IMG/VR virus record: IMGVR_UViG_2565956726_000008
Reading direction: 5' to 3' (one strand)
DNA: 64,000 bases
DNA from: a virus
Taxonomy: Duplodnaviria; Heunggongvirae; Uroviricota; Caudoviricetes
The notes beneath the pieces are model-generated. The model had not been told where the DNA came from and did no database searches. It worked only from the letters and a program-made list of their open reading frames with translations. Below are positions 17,303 to 29,632 of the stretch, piece by piece; within the stretch, counting starts at the first letter, position 1; every line of letters begins with the position of its first letter. A program made the position numbers and the translations under genes.

Positions 17303-19099
17303 ATGATTTACACAACAGGCACTATAGCTGTTAGCGGAAACACAGTTACCGGGGCAGGGACTGAATTCAACGCCGCATTATCTCTGATCAGAGTGGGTTG
17401 CACTCTTATTGCCATTAGCGATCCGGTGCAGATTTTTTCAATCACAAAGGTAAAAAGCGCAACAAGTTTGTCGGTAACTCCTGCGGCAAGTCCGGCTATT
17501 CCGGCTGGAACTAAATTTAGCATCCTGCTTTCAGATTCGATCTCTGTGGATGGTCTTGCTCAGGATGTTGCCGAAACACTGCGTTACTACCAGGGCAAAG
17601 AATCAGAAATAGCTGACGCTGTGGAGTTTTTCAGCGACAACAAAGATGTGATTTCAGCATCAAAATTAGCATTAGCATCAGCTACCACTGCAACCAATGC
17701 GGCAACAACAGCGACAAGCGCCGCCGATTCAGCCAAGACATACAGAGACGAAGCCCACGAATACGCCAATCAGACCGCACAGCCTTACGCGTATGTTTTG
17801 CAACCGCTGCCGGACGTATGGATACCGTTTAACGATTCTCTCGATATGATCACGGGCTACGGCCCTGGTACTAAAAAAGTAACCATTAATGGGGAAGAAA
17901 AAACAATATCATCAGATAAAGTTGTTTCTTTCTCACGCGCAAGCACTGCTACTTACATTAACAAATCAGGTGTTTTAACTGTGGCTGGTATTAATGAGCC
18001 ACGTTTTGAACGCGAAGGATTACTGATTGAGGGGACGCGCACAAACCTGTTAATAAACAGTACAGACCCTTCGAAGTGGAATAAGTCAACTTCACTGGAC
18101 GTTACAGAAACAGGCACAGATAGTTTTGGGTTTAATTATGGCCGGTTTGTCGTACAGGATTCGATTGTTGGTACAAGTAAAGCGCATACCATTATCGGAC
18201 TGTATTCGAGTGCCGGAGGGGTTGATACTTCAGGGGACGAAAAGCATGTAACTATATCCTGTCGGGTAAAAAGTGAAGTTGATAATATCGCCGTTCGTAT
18301 TTTATTTGAACATTATGATGGGGAGGTAAGGACATCAATAGGAGCAGCAAACCTGAACCTTACCACCCGCATAATTAGCAAGACAGGTCAGACAAGCCGT
18401 GTTACAGCAAGGTCTGTTAAGGATGATGCAACTGGCTGGATATTTTTTGAGGCTACATTAAAAGCAGATACAACAGAAAATACGGTTGGTGGTTTCGTCC
18501 AGTATTCTCCGGATACAGGTCAGATGGTGGCATCAGGGGATTGTCTCGATGTAACCACTCCACAGATTGAGGCTGGTGCAGGCGCATCATCTTTTATTGT
18601 TACGGGGTCGGCACCAGCAACGCGGGCAAGCGATATGGTGACAGTCCCAATCAAGAATAACCTTTATAATCTTCCTTTTACGGTTCTTTGTGAGGTACAT
18701 AAGAACTGGTATAAAACGCCAAATGCAGCGCCGCGTGTTTTTGATACCGGCGGTCATCAAACCGGAGCGGCGATCGTAATGGGGTTTGGTTCATCAGGTG
18801 GGTACGACGGTTTTCCGTATTGTGATATAGGTGGTTCAAACCGACGAATAAATGAAAATGCCGGGCTGGAAAAAATACTTATTGGTATGCGGGTAAAGTC
18901 CGAACGGTCCACATGTGTAGTCAGTAACGGTAAGTTAAGCAGCGAAACAAAAACAACCTGGACTTATATTCAAAGCTCCGCAACTATTCGTATCGGTGGT
19001 CAGACAACGACAGGACAACGTCATTTATTTGGTCATGTTAGAAATTTTCGAGTATGGCATAAGGCATTAACTGATGCGCAATTAAGCGAAATTGTTTAA
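17303..19099 (+). CDS. tail fibre protein with LamG-like (jelly-roll) C-terminal domain, putative
   Basis: 598 aa; Ala/Thr-rich shaft segment (ASATTATNAATTATSAADSAKT); C-terminal NFRVWHKALTDAQLSEI resembles LamG-type domains in phage fibre proteins. Confidence 0.55.
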   Translation: MIYTTGTIAVSGNTVTGAGTEFNAALSLIRVGCTLIAISDPVQIFSITKVKSATSLSVTPAASPAIPAGTKFSILLSDSISVDGLAQDVAETLRYYQGKESEIADAVEFFSDNKDVISASKLALASATTATNAATTATSAADSAKTYRDEAHEYANQTAQPYAYVLQPLPDVWIPFNDSLDMITGYGPGTKKVTINGEEKTISSDKVVSFSRASTATYINKSGVLTVAGINEPRFEREGLLIEGTRTNLLINSTDPSKWNKSTSLDVTETGTDSFGFNYGRFVVQDSIVGTSKAHTIIGLYSSAGGVDTSGDEKHVTISCRVKSEVDNIAVRILFEHYDGEVRTSIGAANLNLTTRIISKTGQTSRVTARSVKDDATGWIFFEATLKADTTENTVGGFVQYSPDTGQMVASGDCLDVTTPQIEAGAGASSFIVTGSAPATRASDMVTVPIKNNLYNLPFTVLCEVHKNWYKTPNAAPRVFDTGGHQTGAAIVMGFGSSGGYDGFPYCDIGGSNRRINENAGLEKILIGMRVKSERSTCVVSNGKLSSETKTTWTYIQSSATIRIGGQTTTGQRHLFGHVRNFRVWHKALTDAQLSEIV

Positions 19100-19109
19100 G
19101 GTGGTTAAC

Positions 19110-19376
19110 ATGAAAGACGTTAGCTTGCAATTTACTGACAAACAGCAATACAACGACATTGTGATTAATAGCGGCTGGCTGGATGCCAATTGGTCAACCG
19201 TGTTTATTGATGATATCGGTTTTGTCCTTGTATTCGACGATCCAGAAAGCGAGACACCTGTACTTATTGGGAAAAAAGGTTATTACGTCAACGTGCGTAT
19301 AACTGGTGACGATGTTGATATTTCTCAGCTTGAGCCTTTCATCGTTCCAGATCCAGGCGTCCGCGCATGGGCTTAA
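19110..19376 (+). CDS. hypothetical protein downstream of tail fibre (possible fibre assembly/accessory)
   Basis: 88 aa from ATG at 19110 with AAGGTGG RBS, starting 11 nt after the fibre gene stop. Confidence 0.4.
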   Translation: MKDVSLQFTDKQQYNDIVINSGWLDANWSTVFIDDIGFVLVFDDPESETPVLIGKKGYYVNVRITGDDVDISQLEPFIVPDPGVRAWA

Positions 19377-19418
19377 TGATGCGGCAGTGATAGCATGGTG
19401 ATGTTGAAAGCATCGCCG

Positions 19419-19450
19419 AGAAACGAGGCTAACGCCTCGTTTCTTTTTGT
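19419..19450 (+). terminator. rho-independent terminator at end of prophage A late operon
   Basis: gaaacgaggctaacgcctcgtttc hairpin followed by TTTTTGT. Confidence 0.6.
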
Positions 19451-19823
19451 GTACCAAATAGTGACCAAATATCAAAAACTAAAATCAAAAACAACATAAC
19501 ATTATGTTTTATAAATGATTATTCGTTACACTAATCATTCCAGACAGGACTGGTGAGTAAGTCCAGGGTATTGAAGTTGTGCGTAATCATTGAGATCCCG
19601 TTATTTTTATCAATTTTTGTTGCTATCCGATCGCAAAAAAGCCACGTCATATGATCAGATAATTCTGATAATGATAGACGCTATTTAACACTTCACACGG
19701 TTTGTATATGGAAAAGCATTTTGCTTTTTGTATTCAATTTAGACAGAATTTTATTAATCATTTCAGGGTAATGGGGTGATGAGATGTTGCGTAACAGGGC
19801 CAGAAGGCTAGACTACAAAATAA

Positions 19824-20828
<1,005 letters not shown>

Positions 20829-20997
20829 CAAAAGCAATTTTTCCGGCTATCTGTATACAAAAACGCCGCAAAGTTTGAGCGAAGTCAATAAACTCTCTAC
20901 CCATTCAGGGCAATATCTCTCTTGCAGGTGAATGCAACGTCAAGCGATGGGCGTTGCGCTCCATATTGTCTTACTTCCTTTTTTGAATTACTGCATA

Positions 20998-21025
20998 GCA
21001 CAATTGATTCGTACGACGCCGACTT
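20998..21025 (+). terminator. rho-independent terminator downstream of zntB
   Basis: gccgactttgatgagtcggc hairpin followed by 8 T. Confidence 0.5.
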
Positions 21026-21102
21026 TGATGAGTCGGCTTTTTTTTGCCTGTTATTTATCAGCGTCTACCCTTTAAGAGTCCACCCAATGACCGGAGGGAA
21101 AT

Positions 21103-21276
21103 ATGACGACACTTATTTATTTGCAAATTCCTGTCCCTGAACCGATTCCTGGCGATCCTGTTCCAGTGCCCGATCCGATCCCTCGCCCGCAACCCATGCC
21201 TGACCCACCACCCGATGAAGAACCGATTAAATTGTCGCATCGTGAGCGTAGATCTGCGAGGATACGCGCCTGCTAA
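21103..21276 (+). CDS. proline-rich small ORF (57 aa) upstream of dbpA
   Basis: Not in the provided track (below 60 aa). ATG at 21103 preceded by GGAGGG; product MTTLIYLQIPVPEPIPGDPVPVPDPIPRPQPMPDPPPDEEPIKLSHRERRSARIRAC. Confidence 0.35.
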   Translation: MTTLIYLQIPVPEPIPGDPVPVPDPIPRPQPMPDPPPDEEPIKLSHRERRSARIRAC

Positions 21277-21305
21277 CTTTGCGTCGATGACCACGAGAAT
21301 AGATT

Positions 21306-22679
21306 GTGACCGCTTTTTCTACCCTGAATGTTTTGCCTCCCGCCCAACTCACGAACCTTAATGAGTTGGGTTATTTAACCATGACGCCGGTGCAGGCCGC
21401 CGCGCTTCCGGCGATCCTTGCCGGAAAAGATGTTCGCGTGCAGGCGAAAACCGGCAGCGGCAAAACGGCGGCTTTTGGCCTCGGCTTGTTACAGCAAATT
21501 GATGCGTCGCTATTTCAAACCCAGGCTTTAGTGCTGTGTCCTACGCGTGAACTGGCGGATCAGGTGGCAGGTGAATTGCGTCGGCTGGCGCGTTTTCTAC
21601 CAAATACCAAAATTTTGACGTTGTGCGGTGGTCAACCGTTCGGTATGCAGCGTGATTCGTTGCAACATGCGCCGCATATTATCGTGGCAACGCCGGGCCG
21701 TTTGTTGGATCATCTGCAAAAAGGCACGGTATCACTGGATGCGTTGAATACGCTGGTGATGGATGAGGCCGACCGCATGCTGGATATGGGATTTAGCGAC
21801 GCCATTGATGATGTCATCCGTTTTGCGCCAGCATCTCGACAGACGCTTCTGTTTTCGGCAACCTGGCCGGAAGCCATCGCCGCAATCAGCGGACGAGTGC
21901 AACGCGATCCTTTAGCGATTGAAATTGACTCAACAGATGCTCTGCCACCTATTGAACAACAATTTTATGAGACATCCAGCAAAGGCAAAATTCCGTTGTT
22001 GCAACGGTTATTAAGTTTACATCAGCCATCCTCTTGCGTGGTGTTTTGCAATACCAAAAAAGATTGCCAGGCTGTCTGCGACGCGCTGAATGAAGTAGGG
22101 CAAAGTGCATTGTCGTTACACGGCGATCTGGAGCAACGTGATCGCGATCAGACCCTGGTACGTTTTGCTAACGGTAGCGCCCGTGTACTGGTTGCGACTG
22201 ATGTTGCTGCGCGAGGTCTGGATATTAAATCGCTTGAGCTGGTGGTGAACTTTGAGCTGGCGTGGGATCCTGAAGTTCATGTACATCGCATCGGTCGTAC
22301 AGCGCGTGCAGGAAATAGCGGTCTGGCGATCAGTTTCTGTGCCCCGGAAGAAGCACAGCGGGCCAATATCATTTCTGACATGTTGCAGATAAAACTTAAC
22401 TGGCAAACGCCGCCAGTTAATAGTTCCATTGTGCCGCTGGAAGCCGAAATGGCAACGTTATGTATCGATGGCGGGAAAAAAGCCAAAATGCGCCCGGGTG
22501 ATGTATTAGGTGCGCTGACAGGAGATATCGGGCTTGATGGCGCAGATATTGGCAAAATCGCCGTGCATCCGGCGCATGTCTATGTCGCGGTGCGTCAGGC
22601 TGTTGCTCATAAAGCATGGAAACAGTTACAGGGCGGGAAGATTAAAGGAAAAACGTGCCGGGTGCGGTTATTAAAATAA
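21306..22679 (+). CDS. dbpA: ATP-dependent RNA helicase DbpA (DEAD-box)
   Basis: 457 aa, GTG start; Q-motif, Walker A (AKTGSGKT), DEAD, SAT and HRIGRTAR motifs; matches recollection of E. coli DbpA. Confidence 0.93.
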   Translation: MTAFSTLNVLPPAQLTNLNELGYLTMTPVQAAALPAILAGKDVRVQAKTGSGKTAAFGLGLLQQIDASLFQTQALVLCPTRELADQVAGELRRLARFLPNTKILTLCGGQPFGMQRDSLQHAPHIIVATPGRLLDHLQKGTVSLDALNTLVMDEADRMLDMGFSDAIDDVIRFAPASRQTLLFSATWPEAIAAISGRVQRDPLAIEIDSTDALPPIEQQFYETSSKGKIPLLQRLLSLHQPSSCVVFCNTKKDCQAVCDALNEVGQSALSLHGDLEQRDRDQTLVRFANGSARVLVATDVAARGLDIKSLELVVNFELAWDPEVHVHRIGRTARAGNSGLAISFCAPEEAQRANIISDMLQIKLNWQTPPVNSSIVPLEAEMATLCIDGGKKAKMRPGDVLGALTGDIGLDGADIGKIAVHPAHVYVAVRQAVAHKAWKQLQGGKIKGKTCRVRLLK

Positions 22680-22727
22680 TGAAATGTTGAATCGCAGGGT
22701 GCAAGAGTAAACATCTTATTCGGGATT

Positions 22728-22799
22728 GCCGGATGCGACGCTGGCCGCGTCTTATCCGGCCTCCATAAGAGTAGCCCGATAAGCTTGCGCATCGGGCGC
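22728..22799. repeat. REP (repetitive extragenic palindromic) element pair
   Basis: gccggatgcgacgctggccgcgtcttatccggcc and gcccgataagcttgcgcatcgggcgc in the convergent dbpA/ttcA intergenic region; classic E. coli REP consensus. Confidence 0.6.
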
Positions 22800-22807
22800 T
22801 ATCCGGG

Positions 22808-23743
22808 TTATTTCACTTCAACCACATTCAGTCGTAACTCATCCAACTGATTTTCATCTTCTTCAGGCTGCCAACCCGCCGGTTGTAGAGGGAGCTCTTC
22901 GCGATCAAACGCCAGATCACCCCCGTTAACCACTTCAGAACCGTGGGTAATGCCTTTGAAATCGAACAGGTTGGTATCGCACAGATGCGACGGCACCACA
23001 TTCTGCATCGCGCTGAACATCGTCTCGATACGCCCTGGATAACGTTTATCCCAGTCACGCAACATGTCAGCAATCACCTGACGTTGCAGGTTAGGCTGTG
23101 AACCGCACAGATTGCACGGAATAATCGGGAATGCTTTTGCATCGGCAAAGCGCTGAATATCTTTCTCGCGGCAGTAGGCCAGCGGACGAATCACAATATG
23201 TTTGCCATCATCGCTCATCAGTTTCGGAGGCATACCTTTCATCTTGCCGCCGTAGAACATATTTAAGAACAACGTTTGCAGGATATCGTCACGATGGTGA
23301 CCCAGCGCGATCTTCGTCGCTCCCAGTTCCGTTGCGGTACGGTAAAGAATTCCGCGACGAAGACGAGAACACAGTGAGCAAGTGGTTTTGCCCTCCGGAA
23401 TCTTCTCTTTCACGATACCGTAAGTGTTCTCTTCCACAATCTTGTACTCAACGCCCAGCTTTTCAAGATACTCGGGCAGAACGTGTTCCGGGAAGCCCGG
23501 TTGTTTTTGATCGAGGTTGACAGCCACCAGCGAAAAATTGATTGGCGCGCTTTGCTGCAAATTGCGCAGAATTTCCAGCATGGTATAGCTGTCTTTACCC
23601 CCGGAGAGGCAAACCATGATGCGATCGCCTTCTTCAATCATATTGAAGTCAGCAATGGCTTCGCCCACGTTACGACGCAGACGTTTTTGTAATTTGTTCA
23701 GGTTGTATTGTTCTTTCTTTGTAATTTGTTGATTTTCTTGCAT
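22808..23743 (-). CDS. ttcA: tRNA 2-thiocytidine biosynthesis protein TtcA
   Basis: 311 aa; PP-loop SGGKDS motif and CxxC pairs; matches recollection of E. coli TtcA (YdaO). Confidence 0.93.
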   Translation of the reverse strand: MQENQQITKKEQYNLNKLQKRLRRNVGEAIADFNMIEEGDRIMVCLSGGKDSYTMLEILRNLQQSAPINFSLVAVNLDQKQPGFPEHVLPEYLEKLGVEYKIVEENTYGIVKEKIPEGKTTCSLCSRLRRGILYRTATELGATKIALGHHRDDILQTLFLNMFYGGKMKGMPPKLMSDDGKHIVIRPLAYCREKDIQRFADAKAFPIIPCNLCGSQPNLQRQVIADMLRDWDKRYPGRIETMFSAMQNVVPSHLCDTNLFDFKGITHGSEVVNGGDLAFDREELPLQPAGWQPEEDENQLDELRLNVVEVK

Positions 23744-23794
23744 TATTTCAGTTCTCTGGTACTAAATGGGGCAAATTGGGGGCAAACTTTGCAA

Positions 23795-25030
23795 CTACGA
23801 TAACCGCGCATTCAACATGGCTATCTGTTCGTCGTTCATGTCATCAATCCACATACCGTAAATTTCATACACCATCTGCGCAGTTTCATGCCCCATTTGG
23901 CTGGCTATAAATGCCGGGTTCGCTCCTGCCGTCAACAGCCAGCAGGCAAAAGTATGCCGCGTATGGTACGGATTACGGCGGCGAATACCAGCACGTTTTA
24001 CTGCTGCATTCCACCTTGCCCCCAAACTGCTTACCGAGTAATAAGGTTTTTGTTTTCCGTTACACACCCTGGGCATGAAAACAAAATGCAGTTTTTGCTT
24101 TTCGGTTCTGCCGTACTCCCGATGATAAAAGGTGATTTCGCTTTTGCGATGATGCCCGGTCAGTTTGTATTGCTCCTTCAGTGCTTCAAGAGCAGGCTGC
24201 AGTAGTGTTACTGTTCGGATCCCGGCATTTGTTTTTGGGGGACCGAACATATCAAGTATCGTCAGGTTTCTTCTGACATTCACTATTCCCTTTTCGAGAT
24301 CCACATCCTCCCACGCCAGAGCTGCCAGTTCCCCGTGACGAAGTCCTGAGTAAACGGCAAATTTCCACAAGTTCTGGCTCTGTCCTTTTTCACTTTCCAT
24401 TAATGCATTGAATTCTGTTTTAGATAACGGATCAGGCTTTATTCTGTTTCGCTGTAATTTTTTTACTCCTTCAAATGGTTTGGTTGATATAAATCCCGAC
24501 TGATACGCAAAACGCAACAGCGAACAGAGCAGGGCGATATAGTTATCAACTGTGCGCACGGTTCTTCCTTTTTTGTTGGATCTTGGATTATCCAGGTAAA
24601 GCGTTTCTCCATGCAGCAGTTCATTCCGGTAGTTTAAGATATCGCTATAACGAATATGTGATATCGGGGTACTTTCACAAATTATTATTCTGAGTGTTTT
24701 TAATTGTGATTTCGTTTTCTTCATTGTGTTTGTTGTTAACTCTGTCTCTTTAATTTTTGTCCAGATATCACAAAGCTCTCCGAACGTTTTTATGACTCTC
24801 GTTGTCACCATTTTTGCCCCAGTGCTGGACTGGGGAAAACGTCTTAAATACTCAAATTCACCGGAGTTTATTTCATGAACTATCAGCGCTCTTAAATTTC
24901 CGGCCTTTTTAATATTACTGTTTGTAATCTCCCAGCCTTTTAATGTTTCCCGACATCGTTTTCCTCGAAACATGAACCAGATGCGAATGTATCTACCTCT
25001 AATCTCGACACCTGTTGGTAATTTAGACAT
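23795..25030 (-). CDS. intR: prophage integrase (tyrosine recombinase), Rac-type
   Basis: 411 aa; C-terminal catalytic region with R...HTRHT...Y residues; located next to ttcA as in K-12 Rac. Confidence 0.9.
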   Translation of the reverse strand: MSKLPTGVEIRGRYIRIWFMFRGKRCRETLKGWEITNSNIKKAGNLRALIVHEINSGEFEYLRRFPQSSTGAKMVTTRVIKTFGELCDIWTKIKETELTTNTMKKTKSQLKTLRIIICESTPISHIRYSDILNYRNELLHGETLYLDNPRSNKKGRTVRTVDNYIALLCSLLRFAYQSGFISTKPFEGVKKLQRNRIKPDPLSKTEFNALMESEKGQSQNLWKFAVYSGLRHGELAALAWEDVDLEKGIVNVRRNLTILDMFGPPKTNAGIRTVTLLQPALEALKEQYKLTGHHRKSEITFYHREYGRTEKQKLHFVFMPRVCNGKQKPYYSVSSLGARWNAAVKRAGIRRRNPYHTRHTFACWLLTAGANPAFIASQMGHETAQMVYEIYGMWIDDMNDEQIAMLNARLS

Positions 25031-25031
25031 A

Positions 25032-25247
25032 TCATGAGTCTTTGATAAACTGATTTATCTTTGGATAGTTGTACCAGATAATCCCTCGTTTGCTGTCTGG
25101 CTTACCTAAAGGAGATACTCGTTTGAAGTGGAAGCCCTCCACCCAACAGTTCTGGCGGTATGCTTCAATTTGTCTGGCCCCCAGACCAGTGCGAAGCATC
25201 AGGCCGTATTCAACCATCCACTCTTCATTAAAGATTACTTGTGCCAT
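25032..25247 (-). CDS. xisR: excisionase-like protein
   Basis: 71 aa from [10 protein letters not shown], directly upstream of int with 1-nt spacing; xis position. Confidence 0.65.
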   Translation of the reverse strand: MAQVIFNEEWMVEYGLMLRTGLGARQIEAYRQNCWVEGFHFKRVSPLGKPDSKRGIIWYNYPKINQFIKDS

Positions 25248-25325
25248 CGCATCACCTCTGGCAGGCGCCAATGTTAGACTGAAATTGACGCCCGATGTTG
25301 ATTATTAATAATCAGCTATGAAGTT

Positions 25326-25535
25326 TTAATTTGAATACAATGCAATTCTCGAGGACTGAAGTTTCTCGCAATTAAAATTTATCAGTTTTACTTTCTGCTC
25401 TCTGGAAACGCCTGCTTCTTTTTTACCTGAGAGCATTTTTTCGCATTCTGATTTCGTTAGTTTAGATTTTGAATATCTTGTCCAGTTAGTAGGAGTGCCA
25501 CCTTCCTTTTCAATAGTGGCGGTAATTTTATACAT
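25326..25535 (-). CDS. ydaC: Rac prophage protein YdaC-like
   Basis: 69 aa from MYKITATIEKEGG; position between xis and ralR as in Rac. Confidence 0.65.
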   Translation of the reverse strand: MYKITATIEKEGGTPTNWTRYSKSKLTKSECEKMLSGKKEAGVSREQKVKLINFNCEKLQSSRIALYSN

Positions 25536-25719
25536 GAACACCTCCATTATTATTTCCAGTGGTTCGTTTATTCCATCTTTCGAGTGCTTCTTTTTCACTT
25601 CCACCATAACCGGTTCGGGATTCGCATCCGTTACACTTCGCTCGGTAATATCCTGAAATGGCTTTCACCGTTACTGATGGACAACCACAAAATGGACATG
25701 GTTTAACATTGTCATATCT
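25528..25719 (-). CDS. ralR: restriction alleviation protein Lar/RalR
   Basis: 63 aa from MRYDNVKPCPFCGCPSV; CxxC...CxxC zinc-ribbon; matches recollection of K-12 RalR. Confidence 0.8.
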   Translation of the reverse strand, partial: RYDNVKPCPFCGCPSVTVKAISGYYRAKCNGCESRTGYGGSEKEALERWNKRTTGNNNGGVHV

Positions 25720-25778
25720 CATAATTTTTCTCATAAAAAATATTTCAAGTTGGCGGTGCATTACACCGCCAGGCTGAA

Positions 25779-26588
25779 TTATTCCTCTGAATTATCGATT
25801 ACACTGTATTCCCCGGTTAATACAGAGGAATCTGCAGGATCGATTGTCAGTGGTTCCTTTTCATCCATTGATACTGCACGCTGGATCTCAATTGATACGG
25901 GCAGATATTTGAACAGGCGACGAATAGCCGTTTTCTTTGCCATTTCTTCCCAGTGAGTTACCCACGGCCCGTTATTACCAGCTTTACTCAGGCTGCGCAC
26001 CAGCTCAATCTGTTTGCGCGTCATAACTTCAAACTGAGTACCTCCGTCTTTCAGTCTTGCGACAGCATAGACGTGGGTAACCGGGGCATCTTCGTTTTCT
26101 CCCGGGCGGTGTATTAACTTTTCATCAAGGCCAAATTCGAAGCTAAACTCGTCACCTTCACGGACAACACGGGCTGACAGGCTGGCGATTTGACCAGAAC
26201 GGCGAGCCAGATCAATCATGCCGCGATAGCCAATGATTAGCTGAACGTTCTTTTTACCGCTCTTTTCGTTTTTATTACCAAAAGGCAGTAAATATGCATG
26301 ACCGAGGGCGCTACCTGGCTCAAGTCCGAGCTGTGAACACTGTACGATCGCACTGACAAAACTCATAGTGTCACAGTTTCCTAACGCCGGAACTTTACGA
26401 ATTTCTGTAGTGGCGATACGGATCATACGTTCAGCCGTCATATGGCGTGGAAGAGCTGCTGCCAGTTGCTCTTTCATTGATGGCTGGTTAATAAAACTAA
26501 TCACGTCGCTATTTTTAACTGCTGCTGGTGCACGGTTTCCCTGAGTTTTTTGCAGATCGGCTTTTGCGATTGGTGGTTGCTTAGTCAT
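25779..26588 (-). CDS. recT: recombinase RecT (single-strand annealing protein)
   Basis: 269 aa from [12 protein letters not shown]; matches recollection of E. coli RecT. Confidence 0.9.
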   Translation of the reverse strand: MTKQPPIAKADLQKTQGNRAPAAVKNSDVISFINQPSMKEQLAAALPRHMTAERMIRIATTEIRKVPALGNCDTMSFVSAIVQCSQLGLEPGSALGHAYLLPFGNKNEKSGKKNVQLIIGYRGMIDLARRSGQIASLSARVVREGDEFSFEFGLDEKLIHRPGENEDAPVTHVYAVARLKDGGTQFEVMTRKQIELVRSLSKAGNNGPWVTHWEEMAKKTAIRRLFKYLPVSIEIQRAVSMDEKEPLTIDPADSSVLTGEYSVIDNSEE

Positions 26589-29181
26589 TTGCATATTCCT
26601 TAGCCCAGCGGGGCAGTGATAATGTCTTAATAGCTGGCCATTCATCGGTATTCAGGCAGTCAGACAGGGTTCGCAGATTGCGGTGATATTCCTGTTGACC
26701 TGCCAGTTTTGCTTCTTCGCCCATCATGAAAATTTCAACCGGATAACGTCCGCATTCAATAGTTGTGCTGGCAACCAGAAAAACGAAAGTTGGCTGCACT
26801 CCAAACAGTGCTTCATAACCGTCACTGTAGAATGCATCCTGAACGTGATAGCGGTAGTCGTAATAAGCGGTTTTGAATCGTTGAATATCCGCCGTAGTTT
26901 TCACGTCCATGATCCAGTGAAATTCAGGGATAATTTTGTCCGGACGGCACCGACACAAAATTCCTGTTTCAGGATCTTCCCAGTAAATTGATGATTCAGC
27001 GTGTCCGGCGCTTTCAACAAGCCATTGCCCCAGCGGCAAAGCCATAACGCTTTGATACATGAGTTCAATTTTCCGGCCTTCTTCCGCAGTGATAACCGTT
27101 TTTCCTGTGCTTGCGCATTCCATCAGAAACGCTTTCTCTTCTTCTTTTCCGGCGTTTGTACGGCGGTTAAATTCAGGTGCTACGATAAAGCGGTTACTGA
27201 ATTCTTCCGGTTCAAGTACCCGGCAGTGGAAAGCAGTTCCTAAATCGAGCGTTTTTGTCTTTGTGGTGTCCACGGGGGCATTTTTACGCCACAAATATAG
27301 TGCCGGAGTATCAGCAATGTCATCGAGCTGAGACTTACTGATACCGGGACCCGCGTGGTAATTCTCATTCGAAATTCCGTAATAAATACCTGGCTCTATG
27401 TCTTCTACGATTACGGGATCTGCGACTTCGCCAGTTTCATCACTGCAATCGTGATGCGGATCGCTGCCAGCATTCTCATTGTGCGGATGTTCAGCGCCTT
27501 CCATTTCCTCCGGATCATTTTCCTTAGCTTCAACCTGACTCTCTTCATCGAATGTTTCCTGGTATGTTGCGTCGCCCATCACCGCACCACAGTCAGGGCA
27601 GTTATCCCCGCCAGTCTGGCCGCAGGCATTGCAGGCTATTTCCGGTTCCTGTTGCACTACTGGCTCAGGTTGATTCATATCTGGGCTGGTTTTTTCCGTT
27701 TCTGGCTGGTTCTGGTACACACAATCGCGAGTCTGGATCCCCTTTACCCATTTCGGATCGTTCGGGTCGCTAATTCCGTCAACAAATTCACCACGTGATG
27801 CAGCAAGCAATTTATCGGCATCGACAGGATTTTTTGATGGAATGTTTTTCCGGGCTTCATGGAGTTCTGCCCGCAGTTCCTGATATTTCGCATCAACAGA
27901 ATTTACCTGTGACTGAGCATCCAGCGGCTGCGTGTCCTGATGATGTTCAGTTGCGTCCGGTTCCATTGTTTCAGCCTCTCCCTGTTCAACTGCCGTTGTT
28001 CCAGATGGTTGCGGTTTTTCTTCATCATCCTGTTTTCCTTCTTCTGTTACTCGCTGCGGCATCGGGGCAGAGGAGCGACTGCAGGCAATATCCACGATTT
28101 CCGGATCAGGGTTGGCATGATCGGTTTCAGTCAGTACTTTGTTCAGATATTCAGTGACGTGCGCGGGGATGACCTCGATCCCAATTGGTGCTTCTTTTAC
28201 GGACGCAACCACGATGGCGCGGGAATAATCCAGCCCGCCAGGCATGGTGATGAATTTGTCGCGGAAAACAGAAAAGGGCGGTTTATTTTCAGCGATAATT
28301 TCCTCAATGCGTTTAGCGTGTGCCGGATGAAGGTTATAGATGTCCAGATCCATTGAACGGGCCAGTACGCCAGTGGCTACGTCGCGCGCCAGTGACGTCA
28401 GATCGTGTACGAAACCTTCGCCGCGATCGGTGAGGTTTCCGCCGCCAGCATTAGCACCGGAAGCCGTGCGAGTGATGTGTGAAACACGATTACCCTTCAT
28501 CCACTCTTTTGTCAGCAGTCCTCGATCGGTGTAGTCAGCGTTCAGGTATGCTTCGAAAAAAGCAGTTATCAGTCCCAGGTTTGAATTACCAGGATTAGGG
28601 AAAACTTTGTCAGTGTCACGAACCAGTTTGTGGAGTTCGCGAATTTCCAGCGGGTCGAGCAGGCTGGTTTTGTGGGAAACAGCCAGGGCAGTAACAGCCG
28701 GTAGTTCTTCAGCCCGAGCAATGTGTAATGCCTGGAGTCCGTCGCGTGAAACGTGCGTTACCGGTTTTTCGCTGCCGTGTTGAGCAAGCCAACGAATGGG
28801 CAGTTCCTGGCCAGAAATTGGGAGTAGCATATTCTCCTCAATCTCAGTCATGTCTTCGCCGTTGACGTTGGTATTGCCTTGATAATGAGCGTTGTCTGGT
28901 GCTGCTCCCGGTTTTAGTTCCCATGTCATGGAGTCTTTGCTGAGTTGATAGCGTTCACTCCAGGTAAAATCGATCTCACCTTCAGCGGGCAGGTCATTAA
29001 CGACAGGAAAATTCGTGGCAACAGCTTTAAAATAGCTGCTCAGTTTTTTACCTGACTTAACGATCAGGTAGTCCAGAGTGGCACAGGTCGATTCAAAATC
29101 GTTGCTTGCCCACAGGACGACGTCAGGTTCACCGGATGATTTTTTCGCTTTCCGTAACAGGAAGAGTGGTTTTGTGCTCAT
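26581..29181 (-). CDS. recE: exonuclease VIII RecE
   Basis: 866 aa, same length as K-12 RecE; overlaps recT start by 8 nt as in Rac. Confidence 0.9.
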   Translation of the reverse strand: MSTKPLFLLRKAKKSSGEPDVVLWASNDFESTCATLDYLIVKSGKKLSSYFKAVATNFPVVNDLPAEGEIDFTWSERYQLSKDSMTWELKPGAAPDNAHYQGNTNVNGEDMTEIEENMLLPISGQELPIRWLAQHGSEKPVTHVSRDGLQALHIARAEELPAVTALAVSHKTSLLDPLEIRELHKLVRDTDKVFPNPGNSNLGLITAFFEAYLNADYTDRGLLTKEWMKGNRVSHITRTASGANAGGGNLTDRGEGFVHDLTSLARDVATGVLARSMDLDIYNLHPAHAKRIEEIIAENKPPFSVFRDKFITMPGGLDYSRAIVVASVKEAPIGIEVIPAHVTEYLNKVLTETDHANPDPEIVDIACSRSSAPMPQRVTEEGKQDDEEKPQPSGTTAVEQGEAETMEPDATEHHQDTQPLDAQSQVNSVDAKYQELRAELHEARKNIPSKNPVDADKLLAASRGEFVDGISDPNDPKWVKGIQTRDCVYQNQPETEKTSPDMNQPEPVVQQEPEIACNACGQTGGDNCPDCGAVMGDATYQETFDEESQVEAKENDPEEMEGAEHPHNENAGSDPHHDCSDETGEVADPVIVEDIEPGIYYGISNENYHAGPGISKSQLDDIADTPALYLWRKNAPVDTTKTKTLDLGTAFHCRVLEPEEFSNRFIVAPEFNRRTNAGKEEEKAFLMECASTGKTVITAEEGRKIELMYQSVMALPLGQWLVESAGHAESSIYWEDPETGILCRCRPDKIIPEFHWIMDVKTTADIQRFKTAYYDYRYHVQDAFYSDGYEALFGVQPTFVFLVASTTIECGRYPVEIFMMGEEAKLAGQQEYHRNLRTLSDCLNTDEWPAIKTLSLPRWAKEYAND

Positions 29182-29282
29182 TGTTTTTTAACCTCAACTC
29201 AGATTAAAATTCGTTTTGTTCAGTGAATGATCTTGCCGGATACACACTGTTCATAGCCTGCGCCATACGCAGGCTATTTCTT

Positions 29283-29558
29283 TCAGATTTCACCTTTTAA
29301 TTTCATTGCAATTAGAGTTGCCAGAAATTCGGCTTTTTTTTCTGCGGGCAGATTCTTTCCGATATGCACCAGGCACATTTTTTTGACACCTTCATCAAGT
29401 GTTTTTACGTTGCCTGATGGACCATCGATATCAACCACAGTGAATGGGGTTTCTTTATTTTCTGTTTTAATTACGTAGCCAATGCGCTTTCCTTCCAGAT
29501 TCACCTCGTGAACAATGTCATCGGTAGTTACAACAGTGGCTTCATAATTGGTAATCAT
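29283..29558 (-). CDS. racC: Rac prophage protein RacC
   Basis: 91 aa from MITNYEATVV; matches recollection of K-12 RacC. Confidence 0.8.
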   Translation of the reverse strand: MITNYEATVVTTDDIVHEVNLEGKRIGYVIKTENKETPFTVVDIDGPSGNVKTLDEGVKKMCLVHIGKNLPAEKKAEFLATLIAMKLKGEI

Positions 29559-29632
29559 GTTTTTCTCCTTAATTAAGGTTGAGCGAATACCTGCCATTTC
29601 TGGCATAAATTCAGTTTCGAATAGTCAATTAA

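Noticed and set aside
22116-22792. Minus-strand ORFs (61-96 aa) within and after dbpA
   Set aside because: Antisense to dbpA or lying across the REP element; arginine- and histidine-rich products typical of GC-rich antisense frames.
26683-28534. Series of plus-strand ORFs (60-147 aa) within recE
   Set aside because: All lie antisense inside recE, whose 866-aa frame matches the known protein; low-complexity products; treated as shadow ORFs.
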